DNA of 64,000 nt from Octopus sinensis (taxonomy: Eukaryota). A model generated the notes under the pieces. The model did no database searches, was not told the DNA's origin, and saw only the letters and a list, made by a program, of their open reading frames with translations. Where the stretch lies: the NCBI RefSeq assembly GCF_006345805.1, contig NC_043001.1, forward strand, positions 98,208,001-98,272,000. The letters are read 5' to 3'. Within the stretch, counting starts at the first letter, position 1. Every line of letters begins with the position of its first letter. This document shows positions 38,820 to 52,445 of the stretch, one piece after another. A program made the translations under genes and the position numbers.

Positions 38820-38875
<56 letters not shown>

Positions 38876-40162
38876 TGAATTCTAACAATGGAAGTACCGT
38901 ATTTTCCATCATAAAAAGTCGAAGTTTTCAGACCAAAATTTACTGCCAATGAAAGGCTAAGATTTTGAAAGATAGTTACGGCGTTTGAATTGTATTCCAG
39001 AATATACAGCAATAATCTTTTCTGGGTGTCAAAAATATAGTTGTGAAATTAAAGGAAGAGGAATCTGGGATTGAAGACGTAATTCATTTATCTAATTCCA
39101 TGAAACATTGGAGATAGGCACCACTTATCTTCTCTTTTGCCAGTCTATTTCTCCCATCTCAGACCCCAAAATGGCCAGAATTTACCAGATTTTGTTTCGC
39201 CACGTTTTTCCTACATTGTTCAGCAAGTTATATAATCAAGATATTCAAGCTGGACAATAATCGCTCGGTCCAACCAAGTTCCGGAGCGGTGAGAAATGCT
39301 AAATCATGGATACATTCTTTTACTTTTGACTAAAGCCGTTAAGAGTATTTATTACATTTTACCAACTCGTATACTAACAAGGTCTACTGAATGCAGAAAA
39401 CAAAACATTCAATAAAATTTATCAGAACCTCCGCAGAGTGACATAATGAAAAACTGACAACACCGGTTTTTCAATGTAACTTTATTGTTTACCGACCATC
39501 ATCACTTCTCACCATTAGTATCTTCATGTAGTTTTACATCAAACATGTCTTCATTCCTTCATAATGTTATCTAGTGTAATTTTTTTTTAACTGTGAATCT
39601 TCTATATCGATCGCTCTACCGCTTCAACAGCATGTTCAGTAAGTTATAAGCTCTGTCTTTTCCCCTACAGTACTACATTTAAAATAAACCTAATTAAACT
39701 CAAGCTGAGCTAGAATTAAATTATATCGGAAACTTTAGCGTGAGATGTTTCGGTCGAACTGTAATTAAACACAATTGCGAACGCAGAACTGTGTAAAAAT
39801 TGATGATTTATCAAGAATGACTTTCACATTGATTCAATTATTTTAGCTTCAAAATAACCCGAAGCCTGTCTGTTTTGGAAGCAGCAAGTCAGATGTTTTA
39901 AATAACTTCATATAACCTCAAATATATCATCGGAATTTAACACGGACAAAGATATATATGTTTAAATGCAGAAGTGTACAGTTAAGGAAAATAACTAAAT
40001 AATTCTTCTCAATCGAAATACTAATATAATTAGGAGAATGCGAAACTCGTCTTGTAAAAATATGTTAATATGATTGAGACCACTGTCACTATGTAATATT
40101 ATGTGCTGCGAGTGTATGCGCATGCGTGTGTGTACATGCATACTTACATATATATATCTAAA

Positions 40163-40203
40163 ACAGCAGTAGCAGTAACAGCAGCAGTAGTGACAGCAAC
40201 AAC

Positions 40204-40236
<33 letters not shown>

Positions 40237-40351
40237 AGTGGTAGTAGTAGTAGTAGCAGCAGCAGTAGTGGTAGTAGTAGTAGTAGCAGCAGTAGTAGTA
40301 GAAGTAGTAGTAGTAATAGTAGTAGTGGTGGTGGTGGTGGTGGTGGTATTA

Positions 40352-40389
<38 letters not shown>

Positions 40390-40411
40390 AGTAGTAGTAG
40401 CAGCAGCAGTA

Positions 40412-40455
<44 letters not shown>

Positions 40456-40473
40456 GGTGGTGGTATTAGTAGA

Positions 40474-40509
<36 letters not shown>

Positions 40510-40520
40510 TGTTGTTGTTG
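40163..40520. repeat. (GTA)/(GCA)/(GTG) trinucleotide mosaic
   Basis: Directly visible; gives poly-V/T/L ORFs. Confidence 0.9.
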
Positions 40521-40907
40521 ATGTTCCTTGATCGATGGGGAAAGCAGCGAGATAAAACATGAGAATGTTCGCAATTACAGCGAAACGCTTACAACCAACA
40601 CAACCAGATTTCAATTATTTATTCAGGAAACGGAATCATTTTTTTTTTAAATGTCACAGATTCGTCAATCCATTGCCAAGCACAGAGAACGTAGTATTTC
40701 TAGTTACACGTAGAAAAGGGGCGGTCTTTTCATGTCTCCAAAATCATGTGCATAAAGCTCACAGTATTAGGGTAAACAGCTCTTAATGACATAATTTTTA
40801 GTTTTGGTGATTAAGTGACCGATCAGTTTGATTATGTAACCATCTTCATAGTATGTCTTTTATATTTTGGAGGCAATTAGATGTTTCAGCCAGTTAGTAA
40901 AAGGGTA

Positions 40908-41050
40908 AAGACCCCGTTCGGTCATGAATGATCGTGGGATTGCACATAGAAAGTTCCCCTCCGAGGCACAAGTCCGAGCAAGGTTGCTTATAGAAGACTA
41001 GCATACCAGTTTCCCGTTTTCACGCCACTAATTTTATCCAGTAGAAAGGC
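40908..41050 (-). mobile_element. RTE-type SINE/LINE 3' tail
   Basis: gacccgttcggtcatgaatga...ccctccgaggcacaagt is the reverse complement of the tail at 61320-61390. Confidence 0.65.
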
Positions 41051-41057
41051 AAAGGCA

Positions 41058-41470
41058 GTAAGCTGGCAGAAACATTAGCACGCCGGGCAAAATGCGTAGC
41101 CGTATTTTGTCTGCCGCTACGTTCAGAGTTCAAATTCCGCCGAGATCGACTTTGCCTTTCATCCTTTCGAGGTCGATAAATTAAGTACCAGTTACGCACT
41201 GGAGCCGATGTAATCGACTTAATCCGTTTGTCTGACCTTGTTTGTTCCCTCTGTGTTTAACCCCTTGTGCCGTTACGTTCTGAGTTCAAATTTCGCCTAG
41301 GTCGACTTTACCTTTCATCCTTTCGGGGTCGATTAAATAAGTACCAGTTACGCACTGGGGTCGATATAATCGACTTAATCCGTTTGCCTTTCTTATTTAT
41401 TTACTGCCCATAATCCGTTTGTCTGTCTTTTTTGTCCCCTCTGTGTGCAGCCCCTTGTGGGCAGTAAATA
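41058..41470 (+). mobile_element. SINE family B dimer
   Basis: Head at about 41058; second body restarts at gccgttacgttctgagttcaaa (about 41268). Confidence 0.8.
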
Positions 41471-41494
41471 AATAAGAAAGGCAAATGCTGATAT

Positions 41495-41645
41495 AGCTTG
41501 GCACCAGTGATGTATCATTTTCACAGCTGAGTGAACTGGAACAACGTGAAGTAAAGTGTCTTGCTCAAGAACACGCCACACAGACTGGTCCTTGAACCGA
41601 ACTAATTACTTATGGTTGTAAGCTCGACGCTCTAACCACGCACAT
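41495..41645 (-). mobile_element. SINE family D fragment
   Basis: Minus strand gtggttagagcgtcgagc head and cttgagcaagacacttt CORE-like segment. Confidence 0.65.
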
Positions 41646-41668
41646 TCACAGTCAGTTCTTTAGTAAAT

Positions 41669-42057
41669 CTCTATATACATAAAGCTGAAGTTGTCTGTGT
41701 ATGGCAGGTCTGGTAGACTTCAACTAACACTATCTCCTCTGAGACCCTGCGGCGCAAGTTGACCAAAATTAACAGTATGATAGAAGACTTGCTCTTCCTT
41801 CCGTAGGAGAAAAAATTCAAATCGGACCATGTTAACACCAAAAATTATTTACATCAAAAAGGTGCTTTTTTCCTATGAAAATCCCTTTTTTTTACGATTT
41901 TTTGACTGCTATCTCGCCATTTTTCGATGTATTTCAACCAGAAAAATGTTCACTTACAGAGAATAACAAGCTATATAATACAAATTTTTTACTTTTCAAA
42001 AATTCCAATTCTAAAGGGTCGAAACAAACCCGAGCAAGGCCGGGCGATACTGCTAGT
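41669..42057 (-). mobile_element. Helentron/DINE-1-like element, copy 2
   Basis: Reverse complement of 24108-24496. Confidence 0.75.
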
Positions 42058-42176
42058 ATTTTATATAAAGCATGAAACATGATTGAAAGAGTTACTTTTG
42101 AGTATAGTAAATACAACACTAGGCATATTTATTTTTCTTGAACGTAATAAAGTTTCTAATATGATAAACAGACTGA

Positions 42177-43125
42177 AGGCGGTGAGCTGGCAGAGTCGAT
42201 AACGCTTAGCCGTATTTCGCCCGACATTACGTTCTGACTTCAAATTCTGCCGAGGTCGGCTTTGGCCTTCATCTTTTTTGCTTGGTAGGGGTGGAGGTCA
42301 ATAAAATAAGTACCTGTTGCGCACTGAGTTCGATGTAATCTTACCCCTCCTCCGAAATTGCTGGGCTTTTTCCTAAAATTTGATACCAATATGATAAACA
42401 GACTGAGGGCGGCGAGGTGGCAAAACCGTTAGCACGCCGGGCGAAATTCTTCGCGGTATTTCGTCTGCCGCTACGTTCTGAGTTCAAATTCCGCCGAGGT
42501 TGACTTTGCCGTTCATCCTTTCGAGGTCGATTAAATAAGTACCAGTTACGCACTGGAGTCGATGTAATCGACTTAATCCGGTTTTCTGTCCTTGTTTGTC
42601 CCCTCTGCGTTTAGCCCCTTGTGGGTAGTAAAGAAATAGGTATTTCATCTGCCACTAAGTTCTGAGTTCAAATTCCGTCGAGGTCGACTTTGCCTTTCAT
42701 CCTTTCAGGGTCGATTAAATAAGTACCAGTTATGCACTGGGGTCGATATAATCGACTTAATCCGTTTGTCTGTCCTTGTTTGTCTTCTCTGTGTTTAGCC
42801 CGTTGTGGGTAGTAAAGAAATAGGTATTTCGTCTGTCTTTCTGTTCTGAGTTCAAATTCTCCGAGGTCGATTTAGCCTTTCATCCTTACGAGGTCGATAA
42901 ATTAAGTATCAGTTGCGTACTGGGGTCGATATAATCGACTGGCCCCCTCCCCAAAATGTGCCTAGAGTAGAAAAGAAATGCTTCGCGGCATTTCATCAAA
43001 TTCTGCCGAAGTCGATTATAGCTTTCATCCTTCCGGGATCGATAAAGTAAATACCATTTGAATATTGGGGCTGATGTAAACGATTTACAACTCCCTCGAA
43101 ATTGCTGGCCTTGTGCCAAAACTAG
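42177..43125 (+). mobile_element. SINE family B cluster: one copy (42177-42375) then a head-to-tail multimer (42406-43125, period 184)
   Basis: ggtatttc body starts at 42455, 42639 and 42823. Confidence 0.88.
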
Positions 43126-43220
43126 AATAGTAACAAATTAGAAATCAATATAATAAATCAACTTTTTCGCGTGCATCGCGTGATTTTTTCGATTTAATGA
43201 TACAAACATTAACAAACATA

Positions 43221-43385
43221 GGCGTAGGAGTGGCTGTTTGGTAAGTAGCTTGCTTATGAACCACATGGTTCCGGATTCAGTCCCACTGCGTGACACCTTG
43301 GGCAAGTGTCTTCTACTATAGCCTCGGGCTGACCAAAGTCTTGTGAGTGCATTTGGTAGACGGAAACTGAAAGAAGCCCGTCGCA
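43221..43385 (+). mobile_element. SINE family A, 5' half
   Basis: ggcgtaggagtggctgtttggtaagtagc...gaaagaagcccgtcg. Confidence 0.88.
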
Positions 43386-43494
43386 TATATATATATATAT
43401 ATATATATGTAGGTCCCGGGTTGATCCGGGGTTAACCACAGTAAGTAAGGTACTCAATACATAGCAGAGTAAAATTAATTTATTATATAGAAGG

Positions 43495-43545
43495 AGCTTC
43501 TACAGGACTAGTACTGTTTCATTCAAGAGAAATCTTCAGGAAGCT
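43495..43545 (-). ncRNA. Type I hammerhead ribozyme (left arm)
   Basis: agcttc-CTGAAGA-tttctcttgaat-GAA-ACAG(tactagtc)CTGT-A-gaagct. Confidence 0.75.
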
Positions 43546-43696
43546 ATTTAACAAGAATTGTATTAGCATTTATACATTTAGGCAGGTTTAAAGGAGTGGT
43601 GGTGGGGGACTTTTTTGGGGGTAGGCATAGCGCAAAATATCGTACTTGGGGGAGTGGTCAAGGAGTCAGTGGTAAGTTAGGTGAAAGAATAGATAA

Positions 43697-43743
<47 letters not shown>

Positions 43744-43895
43744 AAAAAAAAATATAAAAAAATAAAAAAAAAAAAAATAAAAAAAATAAATAAAATGTGT
43801 GCACATACATACAAACCATATACATACACACACACATACGTACACATGTGTGCCTATATACCTACACATACACACATACTCATACATATATATAT

Positions 43896-43948
<53 letters not shown>

Positions 43949-44279
43949 TATATATATAATATATACATACACAATCCAATACAGGCCCATTCCCTAATTT
44001 TAATTTTATTATCTTCATTTATTACTTTGTTATCTTTGATCGCTAGAGCTAAGGATCCTGGCGATGGCAGCATGTCCAAATTGTCTGTCTACTAGAAGGC
44101 AAGTACTCGTTCCCGCACGCACACTCATTAGCACGTACATACCCCCATTCGTACACTCATACACATACACGTACGCACGCGTTATATTCATACATACAAA
44201 CATCTACATACGTTCACGTATATACACATATACGTACTCGCACCTACAGATTCATGTCTACACTTTAGGAGGCTAGTCT

Positions 44280-44722
44280 ATATATATACACCAATAATAT
44301 ACATTATATACATATATATATACATATATATATATTATATTATACACATATACACATACACACACACACACACATATATATACTCCTACATACAGATACA
44401 TACCTATATATAATATATATATATACCCACACATACATGTACACATATATATATACATATACATACACTAGATATATATATATACATATATATATACATA
44501 TATACATACATACACACACACCCATATATATACACACACATACATACACATATATAACATACACAAACATATATACACACATATATATATATATATATAC
44601 ATATATACACACATACATACAACACCTACATACATATACACACAACACATACATACGTAAAACATACATACATACATATACATCCATACTTACGTGCACT
44701 TATACGCATACACACACCCCCA

Positions 44723-44779
<57 letters not shown>

Positions 44780-45317
44780 TCACACATACATATACAAATA
44801 TACGCCCACACATACATACATACATACACGTATACGCATACACGCACATACACATATACATGCGTACCCATACACGTGCCCACACGCACATGCATCCATA
44901 TGTATACACACACACACATATATACACGTGTGCAAGCATACATACATACTCATACACGCACACATACTTACATATACATATATGCACACACTTACACACA
45001 TATATACATACACATATACATGCATACATACATATATGCATACATACACATACACGCACATACACATATACACATGCGTACCCATACACGTGCACGCACG
45101 CACGCGCATCCATATAATAACACACGCACACATATATATACACGTGTGCAAGCATACATACATACTCATACACGCGCACATACTTACATATACATATATG
45201 CACACACTTCCACACATATATACATACACATATACATGCATACATACATATATGCATACATACACACACGCGCACTCATATATACATATATATATACACA
45301 CACATACACATATATAC

Positions 45318-45382
<65 letters not shown>

Positions 45383-45473
45383 CACATACACACATATACA
45401 TACATATACACATACATATATATACACATATACACATACACATACATGCACACATACACACACATACACATAC

Positions 45474-45514
<41 letters not shown>

Positions 45515-45606
45515 TACACACACATACACATATACACATACATATATACACACATACATACATATACATACACACACACATACATATATACACGGATACA
45601 CATACC

Positions 45607-45652
<46 letters not shown>

Positions 45653-46065
45653 TATACACATGCATATACTTATATCTCTACATACTCACATATAAACATA
45701 TATATATATACACACACACATATATATACATGTACACACACATACACATATACATACATATATACACATACACACATACATATATATATATATACATATA
45801 CATTACATATATATACATATAATATATATATGTATATATACATATACCCCCACATATATACATATATATATTATATATACCACATATACACACACACACA
45901 CAACATACATATACAATATACATGTATACATACGCAATAATGATACACATATTACACATACACACACACAGAGACAGATGCATATACATACATATATATA
46001 TAAAAATTACATATCTATATAAATACATACATAATACACATATACACACACATATATACATACAT

Positions 46066-46106
<41 letters not shown>

Positions 46107-46300
46107 TATAACCATACATATATATTATATATATTACATACACATGCACATACATATACAAATATACATACACATGCATACACACACACGCGCGCACATA
46201 CATATACACACACACAATATACAAATACATACATACACACATACACACGCACACTATATATACATACATGTACACATACACATATATATATATATCAACA
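44280..46300. repeat. Compound (TA)/(CA)/(TACA) microsatellite of about 2 kb with a 214-bp higher-order duplication
   Basis: catgcgtacccatacacgtgc recurs at 44859 and 45073. Confidence 0.92.
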
Positions 46301-46639
46301 AGGGAGGGTAAAGTTAATTAGTTATTAATCAATTCACCAAGAATTCAGTATGTAAAGGGACCATTATTATTTTGAGTAAACAATGTTAGAGGGAAAAAAT
46401 TCTGTAAGTAGTGGAAGAGGCTAAAAACCTTTATTGGCTGCTATTTCTAGAAAGTTTAGTATGTGGCAAAGTAATTATTTTATTTTACTAAGCCCCTAAT
46501 TATATAATATTTATACATACATACACATACAAAAAACACATACATTTACACGTATTACACATATACGTACAAACACATATACATATATACACACACACGC
46601 ACACATAAATGTATAAATGCTAATACAATTCTTGTTAAA

Positions 46640-46689
46640 AGCTTCCTGAAGATTTCTCTTGAAGAAACAGTACTAGTCCTGTAGAAGCT
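46640..46689 (+). ncRNA. Type I hammerhead ribozyme (right arm)
   Basis: agcttc-CTGAAGA-tttctcttgaa-GAA-ACAG(tactagtc)CTGT-A-gaagct; predicted GUA cleavage after 46683. Confidence 0.8.
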
Positions 46690-46705
46690 CCTTCTATATA
46701 ATAAA

Positions 46706-46754
<49 letters not shown>

Positions 46755-46761
<7 letters not shown>

Positions 46762-46992
46762 TGTATGTATGTATGTATGTATATGTTTGTCTGTCTGTGT
46801 TTGTCTCCCAACATCGCTTGACAACCGATGCTGGTGTGATTACGTCCCCGTAATTTAGCGGTTTGGCAACAGAAACCAATAGAATAAGTACTAGGCTTAC
46901 AAAGAATAAGTCCTGGGGTCAATTTGCTCGATCGACTAAAGGCGGTAATCCAGCATGGCCACAGTCAAATGACTGAAACAAGTACAAGAGTA
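46755..46992 (+). mobile_element. SINE family A, 3' half
   Basis: tgtttgtctcccaacatcgcttgac...gaaacaagtacaagag. Confidence 0.85.
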
Positions 46993-47274
46993 ACACCTAT
47001 ATACAGAGTGATTTCTGAGAGTGGCACATAAATATAGTATGGATGATTCTGCAATTAAATATGTGCGAATTCTCAAAGACGTACATAGACATATACATAC
47101 ACACGTGCATCCATATAAATAAAATTTTAATGAATTTCATTAATTTTAAAATTTACATTATAGAGTTATAAAAATTTAGTTGTATAAAGTTATAAAGATT
47201 ATTTCTTCTTCTATACAGGAGGGTGCAAAATTAGTATCACATCAATGTTATAATACTTAACTCATCATTGTTAA

Positions 47275-47530
47275 GTACCAGTTGCGTACTGGGGTTGATC
47301 TAATCGACTGCCTCCCACCTCTCTCAAACGTTCAGGCCTTGTGCCTAGTGTAGAAAAGAATTCTTAATTCATTATCGTCTGTTTTTACGTTCTGAGTTCA
47401 AATTCCGCAGAGGTCGACTTTGCCTTTGATTCTCTCGGAGTCGATAAATTAAGTACCACTTGCGTACTGCTGTCGATATAATCAACTGGCCCCATCCCCA
47501 GAAATTTAGGGCCTTGTGCCTTGAGTATAA
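47275..47530 (+). mobile_element. SINE family B fragments (two partial bodies)
   Basis: aagtaccagttgcgtactggggttgatc... and acgttctgagttcaaattccgcagaggtcgac.... Confidence 0.75.
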
Positions 47531-47853
47531 AATAACACTTAATTCATTGAAATTATTAGCACATTAAATTAGTTAGTCTCATTTTTGATATTTTCAGTGT
47601 CTTTAATCATAATACATTTAGCATAACTATAATAATACTTACAGCTGGAATATCCCACTCTGTGATATCCCAGAAACAGCTGTAAGGCTTTGAATTTTTT
47701 CCAATAATAAATATCCGCTATATCGGAAATCTGCAATGGCTCCCTAACTACCGTCTCGGCTATAACTTTGGAGCCCTAGTAATCCGTTACGACACTTACC
47801 TAGCGCACCTAATCGTTTAGATCACTTGTGAACTAAAGACCCATATTGTGTGT

Positions 47854-47885
<32 letters not shown>

Positions 47886-49009
47886 ATAAACACTCTTTCG
47901 GGTAAAACTGGGCAACCGGAAACCATGGAGTTAGTTGTTCTTCATAACCTTCGCATATTCTCTAGACTTCGGCTTGACTGTACTCTGAGACTTATCTTCC
48001 TTCACTTCTTACTTCCATCTCATGTTCTTCAAGTACGTAAGCTATTCTCTGCAGGCTTTTCTTGGTATATTCTAAACACTATCGTTAGTTTTCTTATTTT
48101 CTCCACAAATCTTTCTAATGCTCTGACGTCCTTTGAGAACATTATAACTGAAGCATTGTTTTCTTTACTGGAACAGCGAGACTATTGATAATTATTATCT
48201 TATTGTTTAAAAATGTATCTCTGATTTAAGTATTAATCCAATGTAACAATGTAACTATATATTATTTCCTAAATGTTTCTCTCCTTTGTGTGCGCGGTGA
48301 TTGGTTTAATCATTCTTAGGTATTCACGTGTGTTTGGATTAATTCTAGGATTTCTTACTTCTCTAATAAGTAATTACTAGTTTTAATTGGGTTTTGTTTT
48401 TGTTTTTTGTTTTTGTTTTTTTTTTCACTTCAAAACTTAGCTAGCACACTTTTCGATTTCGAAATTTAGGGTACGTTTTCAACTGAATCCTTTCCCTGAG
48501 TGTACCTACTTCAAGTTGTTTACATATACACACGCATGTTTGTGTTTGTGTGTGTGTATGTCTATGTCTGAGTGTATATGTGAGTGTAATTTTATCTGTG
48601 TGTATATGTAAAAGGATTGTATGTGTTTCATTGTCATGCTTTTGTAGCTTTATACTTACCTTAGCTCCATGTAAAAAACGAAGTGATGTGAGTGTTCTAA
48701 TCGATGCCAGCTTCAGCGTTCCCTGTCTTGATCATGAAGACGATGAAAAAGATCATTTGCATCCTAAGGTTTTACAATTATTCTTCTGATATACTTCAGG
48801 GGTTGTTTCCTGGATTCTTGTTCTCCCATAGTGGTTGTCTTCAATATTCTCGATTTGACAACCCGCCCCATTGTCCATACTCGGTACACTTTTTCAATCA
48901 AGAGGAATACAAACTAAGGTGCAGGTTCCACCCACGTGTACCCCACTACATTAAGAATTACAGGGTTCAAAACGTATATGGGAAACAATGCCAAATTTAG
49001 CAAGTGTAG

Positions 49010-49203
49010 GCACAGGCATGGCTGTATGGTAAGAAGCTGCACCGTCAATGTTGCCAGGTTGCCACCACCCCCTGCCGGAGCCTCGTGGAGCTTTAGGTGT
49101 TTTCGCTCAATAAACACACGCACAACGCCCAGTCTGGGAATCGAAACTGCGATCCTCCGACCGCGAGTCCGCTGCATTAACCACTGGGCCATTGCACCTC
49201 CAC
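49010..49203. mobile_element. SINE A head (plus) abutting SINE family C 5' part (minus)
   Basis: ggcacaggcatggctgtatggtaagaagc, then minus-strand ggtgcaatggcccagtggttaatgcagcgg...gtttcgattcccagac. Confidence 0.7.
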
Positions 49204-49861
49204 AACAGAATAATTACCAGGCTTTAAATTAAATGTCCTGAGATCAATTTATTCGTCTAAAGCCCTTCAAGGCGGCCGCACCCAAGCGAATGAAACACTT
49301 ATGATCATTTGTATGTATATTTAGAGGCAATGAAAGTTATAAGCGAGTAAGGGATACAGAAGAAATTGTACAAGTTCGTGTAGCTATGAAAAGGAAATAA
49401 AACTGTACAACAGTAAAAAACGGCAGAGACAGAATGAAGAAAAGTGTGTATATCATCGTGTTATACTGGTATACGCAGACGGCTGCATAATTAATGCAGA
49501 CTTGAAAAGAATTAATCTAATCTCATAGTTGACAGCTATTTGTCTGCTTTTCTAAATTCGCTAAACCGGTTGCAGTCAATGAAAGCTGGAGTAATAATTC
49601 ATGTATGTGTTTCTTCGAAGCACACGTGGTTTAATGAAGCTTTAGTTGTGGTGTGTTATTTTGTCACTAATTTGTATCAGCACGTACTTGACCAATTAGT
49701 AAGGGGAATTGTATATTATAAGAATATAGATTCGACTAAAATATTCAGAGACAAACTTACACTACTTTATCAACACCATGCAATATAAAATATCCTCGTT
49801 CGAGTGAGACAGATTATTTATTACTTCTAACTCTACAAATGGATGAAATGATGCTTTCAAA

Positions 49862-50466
49862 TTTTGGCACAAGGCCAGCAATTTCGGGGTAGGGAAGTAA
49901 GTCGATTACAACAACCCCAGTGCTCTATTGGTACTTATTTTATCGCCCTCGAATGGATGAAAGGCATAGTCGACCTTAGCGGAATTCGAAATCAGAATGT
50001 AAGCACGGACGAAATACCGCTACACATTTTGCATTTGTGCTAACGATTCTTATTTCTTTACTACCCACAAAGGGCTACACACAGAGGGTACAAAGAAGGA
50101 CAGACAAACGGATTAAGTCGATTATATCGGCCCCAGTGCGTAACTGGTACTTATTTAGTCGACCCCGAAAGGGTGAAAGGCAAAGTCGACTTCGGTGGAA
50201 TTTGAACTCAGAACGTAGCGGCAGACGAAATACCTATTTCTTTACTACCCACAAGGGGCTAAACAGAGAAAGAATAAACAAGGACAGACAAATAGATTAA
50301 GTCGATTACATCGACCTCAGTGCGTAACTGGTACTTAATTTATCGACCTCGAAAGGATGAAAGGCAAAGTCGACCTCGGCGGAATTTGAACTCAGAACGT
50401 AACGGCAGACAAAATACCGCTAAGCATTTCGCCCGGCGTGCTAACGTTTCTGCCAGCTCGCCACCT
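49862..50466 (-). mobile_element. SINE family B multimer (three bodies)
   Basis: Repeated gtcgac...gaatttgaactcagaacgt units; junction gacgaaatacctatttctttactac at 50224-50248. Confidence 0.85.
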
Positions 50467-52388
50467 TAAATAGATTAAATATTATGCATCCATAACTTGA
50501 GAAAATTTGAAGTATTTACTTCTTCTCTCCTACTTGTTTCAGTCTAGCAATGTTCGTATTTTTACTTTTATCGGGGGAGTGTGTTTTCAGTGTAATATAA
50601 AGGGTGAAATTTCGGTGCCAATTGCACTTCAGTATTCTGTATTTGTGGAAATTACATTTTCTTCCAACTTCTTCTGTGGCAACTGTATGGCGTATTGTAT
50701 ACTGTTGTTTGTTTTCTCCGCCTACAGATGCACGTTTCCACATTTCCACATCTGTACAGCTTATGGCAATACAGCATTTGTTTCAAACCATGAACACAGG
50801 AAATTCAGATGAAATAGAAGATCGAGCTGTGAAACTTTTGTCCACCAAACTCGATTCATTTAGAAACATTTAGACGTTTTTCACCGTAGATGATGTTCTT
50901 GGTTGATTGCCGAACAATAATTTCTGCTTTACCAGCAAAACTTTACCAGCTGAAAGAACTTTTCCGATGAAAAACATTTAAATATCCATAACTAGCTATC
51001 GAAAATACATCACGGCTACCACGTAATTGCATTACTGCAATTTAACAGAATTATTGATATTTATATTACTCTGAACATAAATATAAGATCTGTTTTTCTT
51101 TTCAATAATTTTCAATTTAACGATCATTATAATTATATGAATCAAAGTTTAAAAAAGTCTTTCGGTGAAAGAAAATAAATATTTTTAAAATCCGTAAAAT
51201 TACATACGAAAATGAAAATAAACTGATTTCGTGACATATTCTATGTGTGTGTTTATATGTGTGTTTATGTACGGGCACGCGTGTGTTTTGTGTATCTCAA
51301 TTTATAATATTCGACTAATGTTAACTGATAATATAAAAAGTATTCAATAAAACTTTACATTTTCTTGATTTATCCGCAATACTCTTCTAGTCAGCTGTAT
51401 TTTTACTTTGAGTCATGTCTTTCTTAAAATCGTTAAATTTAAATTAATTGCAACGCAAATAAAGAAGTAAATTTAGCTTTATAGTAAAATGGACGTTAAT
51501 AATACTGTTTAATTGCAATAAAATGTTTACGAGACAGTTTTTTTTTTCTCTCTTTCTGAAACGAGGATCGAACACTGTCAATGACGTCTACACCGAAGAC
51601 AGAACGACAAATCGATTGTTTATTTAAATAATATATGCCCTTCGGGGGACATAAAATATACAGTATCCATAAGACTGGCTTAAAATACGTCCTGTTATAT
51701 TTTCTGTATAAGGCCTTTGTGAACTGAGACCCAGCTGAAGATAAACAATTTAAAAGCCAAATGATGGGAGCTTATCTGAATCGCTCAATATGATAATTTC
51801 TATTCTATGCATAAGGCCAGTGATTTTCACGGAAGGGGTCGCCGATACAATCGTCTTCATTACTTGACTGGTACTCAGTTTTAGTGACCTCGCAAGGATG
51901 AAGGCAAAATTGACTTCGGTGGATCTTGAACTTAGAAAGTTAGTAGTCGAAATAATTGCACGACGCTCTAACGATTCAGTTCGCCCGAAGTTCTTGAATA
52001 TTTATATACGGAGTGTGAGGGTTATTTCAGGATACTTACGTATTATCTTACACTATTCAAACCAATCAAAGAGCTTTTATTTATTTCAAATACTCCATGG
52101 CAGATTAAATTCTAATACAAGATTTGAAAAGACATGCAACCAATGTTACTACATGTGCGGAATATAGGGGTTCAGAAACTGCGAAATATGTAAATACTGC
52201 ATGGTCTTTTGTACACAACGGCCGGATGGTATTGAAAGCATCTTCCAGGAAAGTTTCAACTCTATCGAAGAGAAAACATTCAAATCTTTCGGAGTCTATA
52301 AGACTACTGCAATTCATCCAATAAGTTCGAAACATTGATGACGGTGAATCCGGAAAAATCAATGAGTGATATCGCCAAAGAACAGCAG

Positions 52389-52445
<57 letters not shown>

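Larger units (their letters stand above)
43410..46710. mobile_element. PLE-like unit bounded by a near-identical inverted repeat of about 105 bp (43474-43580 / 46606-46710); interior largely microsatellite
   Basis: Arms differ by about 2 single-base indels and 1 substitution; each contains a hammerhead. Confidence 0.7.

Noticed and set aside
40103-40614. Poly-Thr (mucin-like), poly-Val and poly-Leu ORFs
   Set aside because: Open in several frames and both strands across a trinucleotide mosaic; no splice or domain support.
42406-43125. Regularly spaced repeats that could suggest a CRISPR-like array
   Set aside because: Whole 184-bp units repeat with no unique spacers, they are SINE bodies, and the context is eukaryotic.
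44437-45940. Longest ORFs in the track (226-354 aa; HTYI/VCVY repeats) and similar ORFs at 16.4-17.1, 19.1-19.8 and 36.0-36.4 kb
   Set aside because: Translations of (CA)/(TA) microsatellites that lack stop codons by composition; not genes.
48660-48770. Perfect minus-strand donor AAG|GTAAGT at 48660/48659 with a possible exon
   Set aside because: All three frames contain stops from the nearest acceptor; a lone donor is expected by chance in 64 kb.
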